Assembly: GCA_951406725.2 (NCBI GenBank)
Contig: OX597823.1
Location: 60,636,001-60,700,000, forward strand
Source: Octopus vulgaris
Taxonomy: Eukaryota
Direction: 5' to 3'
DNA length: 64,000 nucleotides
Part shown: positions 12,788 through 25,295 of the stretch, one piece after another
How the letters are laid out: every line of letters starts with the position of its first letter
Position numbering within the stretch: position 1 is the first letter of the stretch
The notes under the pieces: model-generated
Told to the model about the DNA's origin: nothing
The model's input: the letters and a program-made list of their open reading frames with translations, nothing else
The model's database searches: none
Program-made: the position numbers and the translations under genes

Positions 12788-13003
12788 AGGTAGTGAATTG
12801 GTAGAATCGTTAATACACCAGTCAAAATGCTTAGTGGTGTTTCATCTGTCTTTACATTCTGAGTTCAAATTCGGCCGAGGCTGAGTTTGCTCTTCATCCT
12901 TTTGGGGTCAATAAATTAAGTACCATTTGAACACTGGGGTCTATGTCATCGATTTATCTCCTCTCCTGAACTTACTGGCCTTGTGTCAAATTTGAAACCA
13001 ATA
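12788..13003 (+). mobile_element. SINE family B
   Basis: ctgagttcaaattcggccgagg...catcctttggggtcaataaattaagtacc core. Confidence 0.85.
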
Positions 13004-13800
13004 TTCATTTTCACTGGGAAGTATTTAACATAATGCATTTGAGTTTGTTGATCTTGTTGCTGTTTTAGTGAAGGAGGAAGAGTTTGTGTTTATCTCTCAC
13101 CAATTGACATCTGGTGTCAATTTGTTTTCAACCTTGTAACATGGTAACTCAATCAAGAAGGACCAATGGAAAAAGTACCAGACTTAAAAGAAAAAAGGTG
13201 TTGAGGTCAATTTGATTGACTAAACTTGTCAAAGAAGTGCACCCTGGCATGGCCACAGTCAATGGCTGAAGACTGTGAAATAGTTGAAAACAAAATAGTA
13301 AAAAAAATAGTTCTAAACACCATTTCCTCCTCCTCCTCCTTTACATTGATCATGAGCAATTTCTAGTCAAAGACGTCCTGCCCTTCTTGTTCCATACCTG
13401 TCTGTCTATCTATCTATCTATCTATCTATCTACCTATCTACATCTAATTACCAAAAAAGAAAAAAAAATCCCCAAACCATGACATTGTTTATCTTAGTTA
13501 TATATTTTTTCTGACAAGCTTTTCAATCTAAACACTTTAAACAACCAAGTTCCCAGATTATTCTATGTAAAAGTGAATTTTTGTTAGACAAGATGTAAAA
13601 AGTTGAAATTTGTAAATACTGTGTTTACAGCTAAATGTGTTTCTCTAACTTCTGGTTATATTTCATAACCATCTTCGATATATCTAAGTATGATGACCAT
13701 ATTAGCCATCATTATTGCAATACAGATACACTAGTCATAAAGTATCTTATCAGCAAAAGGTTTTATTTTTTGTCTCTTTGTCGATGTGTTAAATAATTAT

Positions 13801-14021
13801 CCCTTTTGTTACCAACCCGGCTGAAACCGGCTGTGGCTCTGTAGTACAAATGTCTTGTTTTCATAAGTTCTGAATTAAAATCTTCCACCAAACCTTAGTC
13901 CCAATTTATGTTCCCAACACTAGCTTAATGATGACTAAGTTATTTCACTAAATTCTTTGTTATATTTAAAATAATTGAAAGAGACACAGAGCATCCCAAA
14001 ATAAATACGGTAACGAAAGGG
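13801..14021. mobile_element. piggyBac-type MITE, family 2
   Basis: TTAT|CCCTTTTGTTACC ... GGTAACGAAAGGG|TTAA; 13-bp TIR with one mismatch. Confidence 0.88.
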
Positions 14022-14706
14022 TTAAGCAAAAGTTTGGAGTTTTTCTCTTCAAAATTGGACATCATCAGTTTCGAAAGACAAATTTATTTTATTTAAACAG
14101 CATTTAATTCACAACTTGCAGCTGGGATAATTGTGTCATACTGCAGGACTGCTTCATTTTCAATCAAAACTATGTTAGAATGATTGTCTTGAATATATCA
14201 AAGAAATCCACAAGTTTGAATTATTTGAAAGGAAACTTAAAGAATGGATCTACCAAATATTGCTTCTTTTTTTTTTTATTTATTTTAAGTGGGATTCTGT
14301 TGAATTATAATCATAATCAATATTATTTGTCAAGATAAATCTATCTACATATATTTAACTTATATGTAACCAGAAACTATTTAGTTATTACTATTTTTTT
14401 TTTTTTTTTGGTGGTTGTTACTTTTAATTATCACATTTAGATGTTTTCCTCCATTATATAGTAGGCCTATATAAACCTGGAACCCATTAAATTCATTCTC
14501 TGAGGAGCTGCAGAAGAGATCAAAGGCTGGAATAGTGAGGAAAAGCATTCCACTATATATTTTATGTACTCTGTTCGAATCTATGTGTCACAAACGGGGT
14601 CCTTTTTAGTCTATTCATGAACTCATTAGGAATGACATTAGCATGAAAACACATATATACTTACAGAAACTTTCCATTATAAATTATATGTATATATATA
14701 TATGTT

Positions 14707-14740
<34 letters not shown>

Positions 14741-16878
14741 CACACATATATATATGTAAGATTTTTATCTTCTTTTACTACGAGTTGTATTAGGAAAGGT
14801 AATCAGTGGAGTGCTCAGCAAAGAGATTATGGTTATGTTTGAATGCTTCAATTGGGGTCCCAATTAAGTCATATTTAGCAACGACGCATAAAGCAGAATC
14901 TGTGTTGACCTGCAATTATTAGTAGATGAAAAGCAGTTAAGGTTTGAAGTATTTTCTGAAGTTGAAGAACTGGCAAGTGTATAATGTGAACCTAGGTAAT
15001 TGACTAAGTTCAGAAGAGCTAAAACACTACTGGGAACTGAGAACATCAAGCACTGTTTTCAGAAGAATAAACTACATATGATGATATGAATGTATAAGAA
15101 GAATGGATGCGGAGAAGTAAATTAACAAATATCATGAGCAAGTGATTAGTAATAACTGAAGCAGAATTGCTGCAAAAGAATCATGTAATAAGAAAGTCTG
15201 TGTGTGAGTGTGAGAGAGAAAGAGAGAGTGTGTGAGTGTGTGAGAAAGAGAGAAAGAGACCATATGTCACAGGTATTCAACTCTGTTCAGTATAGGGAAA
15301 AACAAATGTAAGAAGAATGAAGACGAACATGATATTTGTACGGTAGAAAGTGGATTTCACTTGATTGAAAAACAACCGTCTTGATAATTGATAGTGAATA
15401 TCTTGAAAATTCTTTATTCAAACTGTATTATGTACAGTGGAAACATATGAATACTTCTGAGTAATAAAGGTCTTCCTGGAGATATATATATATACATATA
15501 TATATATGTATATTATATAGTTGTGGTTTTTGTGTTATGTACGTATTTTTAATGTAATATTTCAGTTTGTTTATTTTCCCTATCTTCAAATCTGTATATG
15601 TATATATGGACGAGAAGCAAATTCAAGATCAGTTTTATTAACTCAGTTTTTTAACCTTACAGGGCCCAGTGATAATATTAATCCTTACCACAAGCATTGC
15701 ATTGTTGCTTCAGTTAACCTTCCTTGAAGAGAATCCACTTTTTTCTTCTTCTTTTTTTCTTTTTTTTTTTTTCACCTTTTCCTTCCATCGTGGGGTAATT
15801 GGCTTCAAGAAGAGAAACCAACCATGAAACCATCTGCTCCAGTAGTGAATACGTGAACTGCTTAACTCTTGCTTGCAACGAGTAAAGTTCCATTAATAAT
15901 ATTACACACATTAATAATATTATACGTACGCTGTCAGGTAGAGGAAAATGTAACATTACAAGTACAAATAAAGATGTTATTGCCTCAAATATGCTTTCTG
16001 GTTGGTTGCTTAGTAAATAGATATAGCAACTAAGTTTTGTTTTTCTTATTTCTCACTTACTTTAAGTCTGAAACATTCTGATTTCTGCCATGTATCAAAG
16101 TTGATAGTTCTTGTCTGTTTTTATACACATCACTAAACTTGATAATTCTAACCTCGCAATACTTCATCTCTGTTGCAGCGGTATTGCACATTACAGTCTA
16201 CATTTAGCAAAATTCATAGGATTACAAGTAACATATTGTCATTAAGCATTGTCATTTGAATCTCTACCAAATGTAAATAATTGTTTTAATAGTTCCTCCT
16301 GAAAAATATGATGCTGCTATGCAATTCTGTATGTTCTTCTTGAGTTTGTCTATATTATTCTAATAAACAGAAGTATTCATTTAAACTACTTGTACCACCA
16401 GATTAACTCTCTTATTTCCAGTCTTCCCAAAGTTATAGTAATCATAGTGGTAGTTATAGCACCAGTAGTGATTATGAAGACTTGATTAGGCACGAGGCTT
16501 TGGATCTTATGAGTGCAAAGAAAATGAGATTATGTGACATTCATGGCTTTTTCAAGACTATTATGCAAAAACTTAAGTGTTGTCTTGCTTTGTGCTATTT
16601 CTACATCTACTACAGTAGCCTCTCCTTTGAAGTTAGTTGGTCTTGTACTCCTCCATTCAGGCCCTCCCAGCTCACTTGTCTCTCATCCTCCTCTCAGTAT
16701 ATATATATATTATGTTTACACCCTTAAGTGTCATACAAATCCCTATACATAGTGTGATCTCTCTAGAACTGTACAACTATTCAATAGAAACATTGATCTC
16801 ACTGTCTATCAAGTAGCCGCTTCCTCCTAACGAAAGAAAAATTAGGAGCTTTTACTCATCAGACGTAATTATATTTAT

Positions 16879-17093
16879 CCCTTTAGCATTTAAACTGGTC
16901 ATATCCAGCCAAAATAATCTAGCTGTATCATCTTCAAACTAGCCAGATCCAGCCTCTAACACTTACGCAACAATATTATTCTAAAGATAAACAATCACAT
17001 TATTGAAATCTTGAAGCTACCAGGTATAATAATGCATGACTAATTCATATCAATCTGAATAAATAAGCTTTTCATTTGACAGAGAAATCTGAA
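16879..17093. mobile_element. piggyBac-type MITE family 1, right end eroded
   Basis: Colinear similarity to 12565-12783 (ccctttagcatttaaactgg...aatgcatgactaattc...atctgaa). Confidence 0.8.
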
Positions 17094-19057
17094 TTATTGT
17101 GATGAATTTAATTAGTTAAGTTGTTTCTTTATCAAGAATTTTAAATAACAACTCGTTTGTAACATCATCTGGTTAGCACTTGATTCATTTGACATGCATT
17201 CTCTGTGACTTTTTTTGAGCACTGTAAGGCGATCCATTCACATATTGAAGTTATTTGTCAAATGAGAAGGCCTTGTTCTATGTAATCCAGTTTCATCTGA
17301 ATTTTTAATCATCATTTATCTTCTGCTCTTCATTTAATTCATATTCTCAACTGCTGTCATGTTTGCTGAATAAAGTTTCTGCAAACTTTTGTTCCTTTAG
17401 TTTACAGTCTCTCAAATCCCTGATTAAATTGTCTGTGGTTGCATTTCAAAATTGTTCTTCCTGTGAAATCATTAAATCTTTCTTGGCATAAGAAGACGTG
17501 TCTTCAGAATGGATGTTTATCTTTTCAATATTTTTGATATGTGGCATTAGATATCAGACAAGTTTTATTAAAATCTGTTTGTTATAACTACCACATTTCA
17601 GTATGGTGTTTTGTTTTCCATATGCACGTTCTTTGAGTTAGTATTAACCCAAAGAAGTGCTTACAAGTGAAAATGCCCAACATAATCATTCTTACAAGAT
17701 TAAGTCTTTCAAACTTCCTTTGATAGATTTCTTTCTTTAATAGAGTTCCTTTTCTTTCCCGTTGTTTCTCCTAGCTTTCAATTTCATATGAATATTAAAA
17801 ATAAAGAATAAATTACATTTTAACATATTATAACTATGGAGAAGCTGAAGAAATATATTTGTATCCATCTCTGTCAATTCATACTATAGTTAATATTTAC
17901 AGGTGACTATATTATCAACATCAATCAGTATTAAACTGTTACTTATTGAAATCATTCTACGAATTGTAATATTTTATTTTATTTTACATGTAAATTAAAT
18001 CTCTTCTGGTTTTGTTTTTTGTTTAATTCTAAAACTATTTATTGATTTGTTATCAATAATGTAATTGGAAATTCAGCACTTTGTTTGAATTGTTAATTGA
18101 ATAATTTTTATTTCTTGACTCATTCGGATATTGTAAATGAAAAAATAATAAACTCACAATATTTTCGTTTGTGAGACAAACAACAAACCAAAATGAAATA
18201 TGCAATAATCAATTTTTTTTTCCTAATCAAGGACATGCTGTAATTATATTGTCTAATGGGTGTTTCTAATGAGAAGGTATCTTTAATAAAAGTTGTTTGA
18301 ACTATAACTTTAATCATTAATTTTATACCTTATAGAATTAAAGCTGATTATCTCTATACTGTTTTATTACAACGTGATGTTTCAATTTGCTCTTCACAAC
18401 TTTTATGTATCAAAAAATTTTAATTATAAGGTTTTGAAAATATTTTTGACATGAATTTGTGAAAAGTAATTTTACTTATACTTCATTAGTTTCTTAAAAA
18501 AAAAAAATTCAAAGAGCTGATGCTTATATCTTTAAGAGATCTCTATTTACTTGCCATACATATATTAGTTAGTGTCTACATATGAGGACAATGAATTTAC
18601 AGAATAAGTATACTTTAACTGCAAATATCAATAAGTACAATGTTTGTATTAAGAGAGTAGGGTCGGAGAAACTGATCCTTACTTTCCCAAAATTTACTTT
18701 TAATTAATCATTAATTTTTAATCAAAAAGGATTCATTAAACTAATTAGTGAATAATATATATATTTTTAAAAAAATAGGATCTCTTTGTGATTCACATGT
18801 ACCATAAAATAGATATCTGCTGTAAAATGTAAAATTTATATGGCCGATTAAAATGTTTGTTGATGTATATTTTATATACCTTTCTTTTTAATTTTGTTAC
18901 ATTTAACCTCATCTATTTATATGAATATTAATCATACACACACCAACCATTAATTGCATTGCTCAGGTTCAGTTTCATTTTCCATCACAGCATTCACATA
19001 GTTTATTATAAGTGTTTTTCAAAATATGGTACCTGATAATGTGGGGTTTTTTTCAGT

Positions 19058-19240
19058 TAAGGTGGATGAGCTGGCAGAATCATGAGTGCATCAGATATAA
19101 TGCTTAATGGCAATTCTTCCAACTCTTTATGTTTTGAGTTCAAATTCTGCCATAGTCAACTTTGCCTTTCCTTTTAGGTTAATAAAATGAAGTATCAGTC
19201 AAGCCCAAGGGTTGATGTAATTGACTAAACCCCTTCAGAC
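19058..19240 (+). mobile_element. SINE family B (old, CpG-decayed)
   Basis: aaggtggatgagctggcagaatc...gagttcaaattctgcc...actttgcctt. Confidence 0.8.
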
Positions 19241-20406
19241 GTTTTAGCTTTACCAGAAAGGTTAAAAAAAAAAAAAGCATTATACTGAGTTTTCAAAATA
19301 TATCTGATAATGTGGTTTGTTCAGTTTACTATCAAGCGTTTTGTTTCTTTTACCACTTTGAAGAATTTTTAGTCAAATGAATCGACCTCAGTACTCAATT
19401 TGGTAGTGTTTAACCAGGAAAAGGATTAAATCTACCACCTTCTGATCGAGTAGGTCCAATTGGCTCAAGATTTTGTTCTAAATGAACATTTCTGTTGTGA
19501 TTAATATTGTGTGATTGTCGAACATAGAAATCAGATGTAATCTAAATGAGAAATTTATCTACACTGTTCTAGTATTTAGCTACAGATTTAAAGCATCCAT
19601 TATATCTCAGAGACTAGGTGGTTTGCCCTGGTTATAGTTTTCATTACCGAGTCTCTGTTGTGAAAGATCTTTAACTGACTGATTGCTCAGTCATGCAATA
19701 TTATAACAGCGAAAGACTGGATCTGTTGTTCACTTTACAATATTCAGTGTTGTGGGTTTCTCTTTGAAAAGATTACTCACAACATCATTTGGTTGAAATT
19801 TGACCTCATGTCGATCAAACTGATTAAATCGATACATGTAACATCAAGATAGCTGTTTGGTAAAAAAAAAAACTAGATATTTTTGAGTTGTGATCATGCA
19901 AATACAACAATGAGAACAGAAAAGAATGTATGTAAAAAATTCATGTAAAATGAAATCAGTAATTCATAACTGATATAGATACACTTCATTTTCATTCGAT
20001 ATGCATAATCCGGTTTTTGTTTTCTTGCATGATACTTAGAAACTTAGAATCAACACCAACATTTCTATCACACAATTGTTAATTCTTTGGCTGAGAATAA
20101 TATGTTAAATGACTCTCTGTTGGAACGTTATTGTTATTTAGCTCCCAATATGCTCTGATTTGGTAGACTTATGTATGATCAGATGTTTCTGCTATGACTA
20201 TTTCATCTTTTTGTATTTTTTTGTTTTTGCTGTAAAATACATTATCCAATGTGTCCTCTAAAAAAAATTTTTATGACGACAGAGTGTGATTTGAGTTTCG
20301 TTTAGTTTCTATTTTTAACTGATTGAGCAATCATGTAGAAACTTCCTTATTGGCTTGTAGGTTTGATGTTATTCTTACTATCACTATTATTTATATTTAT
20401 ATAATA

Positions 20407-21877
20407 CTAGCAGAGGCACCTGGCGTTCGTTGCCTGGGAATGAAATTGTTCCTTATATATTGGAAGAAAAAAGAAAAATATGTTGTATAGAAATCTGTTA
20501 TTCTAAATTCACTTTATTCTTCAATTGGGAAATCAGTTCTGAATTCATAATACAAAAAGAATAATAATAATAATGATAAAAAACGAGAAATTTGATCATG
20601 TGCACAGCGTTGTTTTGGAAGAAGTTTAGGTTCATTTTCATTCACAAATGCAGCCAAATCTGTGATGTCATAGTTTGTCTCTCTTGCTATGTCTCTTAAA
20701 GTTAAATCACTAATCTGACAGTTTGTTTTTGGTAGTTGTAGTCCAGAGCCAGACACTTGCAAATTTTTGCCTCCCATGGTCAAAACTTGATCTTCAGTTT
20801 TAATCAGCGCTTGGTTAAAAATTGTTTCAGAGAACTGAATACTGACATCTAGGTTTGCCTGTTGAACTGCATACTTTAAGTCCTCAACCATGTTCTCACA
20901 CTGTTTCATCCAAAGCTGTAGGGGACTGTCAAGTTAACATGTTCAGTATATTTGCAAAAAGCTTCCTTGGAGAATCTGATACTGATGCTTCAGTCAATGC
21001 AAGGTCCCAATGCTCATCATTTTCTAAAAAACCTTGTTGATAGCATGCTTCCCTATCAGTTTCACACACACATGACCATTTACCCTCCTCAATTCTTGGA
21101 ATGATTTGGGACCTAATACTGCATGCAAAAGGAGCCATAAGCAGTAGTATTCTACTTGGCTTGGGGGGACACTATAAACTCTTGCAAGAGCGTCAGCCCC
21201 ATGTTTCCTCTTGTGTCATCTATTGTTTCTCCTGGTGTAATACTTGGATAATTGTGGGTAAAGGAGTTTTCTTGCATCTTCATCTACTTGACACAACTTA
21301 AAAAAGGCAGTAAGGGTAGTTTCTTTTGAAGAAAGTGCTTGTTGCAAGACTTTGTTTTGTAACGATAACTCTGTGGCCATTCTCTAGATGGACACTCAGA
21401 TGAATGATGGCTGGGTGCTTCTCATGAATGGGAAAATTGAAGATGCACCAAATCCAAAAAGCCTCATTGGCACTGATATATCTTCCTCTGTCATTCTGTG
21501 CATCCTCGTCATTTTTATTTATCTGCTGACTGCCATTATGTATATGAGTGTATGTTGCAACATCTAAACCTTTGTTTATATATTTGCAAACATACTTAAT
21601 AGAGCCAACAGAGTTGCAGAATTCGACATTGACTCTGGCTACCTGTACTCATCTTTGCTTCAATGTAGAATACTGATCATCCGCATCTAACCTGTCTCAT
21701 TTTGTTGAGAGTCAGAAAATTGTTCTCGGAAACTTTTTCGAAAATTAAAATGGGCGATTACATGGGAATATCTTCACAAGAGTGATTGAAATAAATGATG
21801 ATTGTGGAATGCCCCACACATGCACACACACACACAAACATACATACATACAGTATCAAACATCAGATGAAATGGAC

Positions 21878-21928
<51 letters not shown>

Positions 21929-22638
21929 GGTGTGTTGTCATTTATATGTACATACATAAATATGCATACATCTATTTTGTATGTATGTGTGTGTGTACGT
22001 GAGAGAAAGAGAGAGAGAGTAAGTGCCACTTAGACATCATTCTCTCTGTCTCACTTATACTTACACACACGCATACATAAAATATGACATCCCCACCTGA
22101 CTGACTCTCTCTCTCTAACAAATGCACATACATAAATGTATACAAAAATATGTGTGCATGACATGTGTGTGTTAGAGAGAGAGAGGGAGAGAGAACATTG
22201 CAAACGATGAATGAAATAAACATGAAATGAAAAAATCATATAAATAAAAGCTCATTAAAAACTATCTTCTGCTGAATATTTAAATTTGTGAACTTAGTAA
22301 ATATTTCTTTCAGTAATTTATCGTAGATGTTTGCAAATAGCAAATTAAAACTTGAAACAGAAGCATTAAAATAGAGAGTGAGAGTCTTTGCAAATGAAAA
22401 CAGAAAATTTTTGCCATTGCTACGTCAATACCGGAAGTTGACATTGAGAAACCTTTTTGAAGAAGTGAATCATATACATAAAGCAATAGTATTTATTTTT
22501 AATAAGGAAATAAACTGTAGACCCTATTATGTATCTGAGATCAAATTATTCATGCATCCCAAGTAGGGAAGCAATTTGCTCAGCTATTTTCACATGGAAA
22601 GCAAATATGCACACACAGATCTATTTTATATAAGAAGA
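20407..22638 (-). mobile_element. Internally deleted Helitron with both termini
   Basis: Minus strand: A|TCTTCTTATATAAAA 5' end at 22638; GC-rich subterminal segment and CTAG|T 3' end at 20407; carries RepHel remnants. Confidence 0.85.
20590..21635 (-). pseudogene. Helitron RepHel (Rep/PIF1-helicase) linker-region fragment
   Basis: Minus-strand motifs NVEFCNSVGSIKYVCKYINKG, RYISANEA, KETTLTAF, EACYQQGFLENDEHWDLALTEA and IFNQALIK...RETNYD are typical of Helitron RepHel; frameshifted and with stops. Confidence 0.9.
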
Positions 22639-23409
22639 TTATAGTTTCATGACAGCTAATTATAGTTGCTACTAAATGGTTTCATGCCCAAAAAGGGAGA
22701 GGTAAATTTAGCAATCATCAGATGTGGTAGAATGGAAAAGTATAAGGTGATCAAATGCCACTGAGGATAATTTGTCCTTGTATCCTTCTAGGGTCTTTGA
22801 AATAGAACAGTAGTCAAGCAGTGGGGTTCGATATCACTGTCTGTTCTCCTCCCCAAATTTCTGTCTTTATGCCTATGATAGAAATTATTCAGCCACAACA
22901 CAGCAAGAAACACACAGCTTTATACACTTCTCTCCTCATTTGAAAACATGACGCACTTCTCTTTATCCAGTTAAATATTCTTATCAATCACATACAAATC
23001 TTGCCATTAAATTTGTTTTTGTTCTTTTCATTAAAAAAAAAAAGTTTTCATCAGTATTTTCTCACTGTGTTGCTCTCTGTTTTGTTGGAACTGTCTTCTG
23101 AATGAATAGACTGCAATATTTGATTATAACTTCTCCACATTGATAAATATTGGTTATTGGAATAATTTTTATCTTTGATCTCCCCAGTTTTGATGGGTCT
23201 GGAATTGACATGGGAACAGTTCCTTTTCCTCCTGATCAAACCATTAAAAAAGAAATGTAAAACATATCTTTGCACATCATCATTGTGAGACTTGCAAAAT
23301 AAAGCTCTCCTTCTTTTATTGTTATCTAACTGTTATTACTGCATCCAGTCTTGCTACTTTGCTGATATCCTCCTCCTCCTCCTCCACCACCACCACCACC
23401 CTCCTCCCC

Positions 23410-23845
23410 TCCTTGTCGTTGTTTTAGTGTCCACTTTTCCATGCATGCATGGGTCAGACGATTTGTTGAGGCAGATTGGATTTTTCTGTGGCTAGATGCC
23501 CCTCCTGTTGCCAAACTGATTCCAAGTAAAGTAATGACCTGACATGGAAGATAGGAAAGAAATGATTGCATAATGATGACACTCATTTGCAAGCATCATG
23601 CAATGTCAAAGCAAGGATAGCATACATATACACACACACACATACACACAATCACACATACACACACATACAATGGGTTTCTTTCAGTTTCTGTCTACCA
23701 TCAAATTTACTCAACAAGCTTTGATCCGACTGGGGCTATAGTATAACAAACACATTTACCCAAGGTACCAAACACTTAGTGGGTCTGAACTTAAAACTAT
23801 GTGTTTGGGAAACGCACTTCTTAGCACACAGCCATTGCTGTGCCT
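23410..23845 (-). mobile_element. SINE family A head with alternative tail (degenerate)
   Basis: tccacttttccatgc...gatgcccctcctgttgcca tail, then ctttcagtttctgtctacca...cacacagcca head. Confidence 0.75.
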
Positions 23846-24431
23846 GATTGTATTTACTGAATTTTAGAAGGAATTTTTGTTTAAAAAAAAACAAACACTT
23901 TCCTTATAACTAACCTATCTCAGTCAATCATTACTAAAACAATGACATCCTAATTACTACTTAATAGTCATTAGCTAATTACATCTTGTAGGAGCTGATA
24001 CATCTAAAAACTTAACCCCTAGTATTTATAGCTTTCCTGACAATACTCTACAAAGATATATGTCTTCTGTATTCTCAGCCTTTGTATAATATACTCCTGT
24101 ACTTCCACACTCTCATGATAAACTGGCAAAATGAGTGCTGCAACATGTAAATAAACGCTATCTTTATATACAAGAATCTTAGTTCTTCACAAGAATAGAT
24201 TAAAAGTTGTACTAAATGAAACTACCTAAGCGTTCCATTCCATGCCTTACCATGCATGTTATACTTATACCATACTCTACAAGCACCCTACAAAAACAAA
24301 AAGAAATACTAAAGACAAAAGGCTAAGCCATTTGGCATCATACACATATTTAATGATGTAAAATAGCATCATATATCTGTGGAAGAAAGCATAAAAGATG
24401 ATAAACATTCTTTTAATGTATTATAAGTACT

Positions 24432-25182
24432 CTTTTTACTTGTTTCAGTCATTTGACTGTGGCCATGCTGGAGCACTGCCTTTAGTCAAGCAAATCAACT
24501 CCAGGACTTATTCTTTGTAAGCCTAGTACTTATTTTATTGGTCTTTTTTTGCCACCCGCTAAGTTACGGGGGGCATAAACACACCAGCATCAGTGTAAGC
24601 ACACCAGCGATGTTGGGGGGACAAACACAGACACACAAACATATACACACACATATACACACACACATATATATCATCATCATCATCATCATCATTTAAC
24701 GTCCGCTTTCCATGCTAGCATGGGTTGGACGGTTCAACTGGGGTCTGGGGAGCCCGAAAGCTGCACCAGTCCAGTCAGATCTGGCAGTGTTTCTACAGCT
24801 GGATGCCCTTCCTAATGCCAACCACTCCGAGAGTGTAGTGGGTGATTTTATGTGCCACCGACACAGGTGCCAGACGAGGCTGGCAAACGGCCACGCTCGG
24901 ATGGTGTTTTTTATGTGCCACCGACACAGGTGCCAGACGAGGCTGGCAGACGGCCACGCTCGGATGGTGTTTTTATGTGCCACCGACACAGGTGCCAGAT
25001 GAGGCTGGCAAACGGCCACGATCGGATGGTGTTTGTTACGTGCCCACAGCACGGAGGCCAGTCGATGCGGTACTGGCTACGGCCACGTTCGGATGGTTTT
25101 CTTGTGTGCCACGTGCCACCGGCACTGGTACCACAAAGATACAAATTCCATTGATGTTCATCTATTTTGATTTGTTTTGATT

Positions 25183-25220
<38 letters not shown>

Positions 25221-25295
25221 GATGAGCTTCTTTCAGTTTCCATCTACGAAATCCACTCACAAGGCTTTGGTCGGCCTGAGGCTATAGAAGACGCT
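24432..25295 (-). mobile_element. Composite: SINE A interrupted at its central microsatellite by SINE C (24674-25180)
   Basis: A-family tail 24432-24650, C element with (CAT)n, then A-family body resumes at 25220 (cttctttcagtttccatctacgaaatccactcacaagg). Confidence 0.85.
24846..25130. repeat. 62-63-bp GC-rich tandem repeat, about 4.5 units, inside SINE C
   Basis: Units starting atgtgccacc at 24850, 24913 and 24975, with diverged units at 25038 and about 25104. Confidence 0.95.

Noticed and set aside
16150-16205. TATTGCAC miR-92-family seed in a short GCAATAC/GTATTGC hairpin
   Set aside because: Pairing does not extend beyond 7 bp; not a precursor.
24855-24900. HDV-like ribozyme resemblance on the minus strand (GCC-TCGTCT-GGC)
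   Set aside because: The L3 loop is too short and I could not build P1, P1.1, P2 or the catalytic C strand.
24696-25243. Five overlapping ORFs with repeated peptides, and a CRISPR-like repeat appearance
   Set aside because: They arise from the 63-bp tandem repeat within a SINE; units are contiguous without unique spacers, the context is eukaryotic and no cas genes are present.
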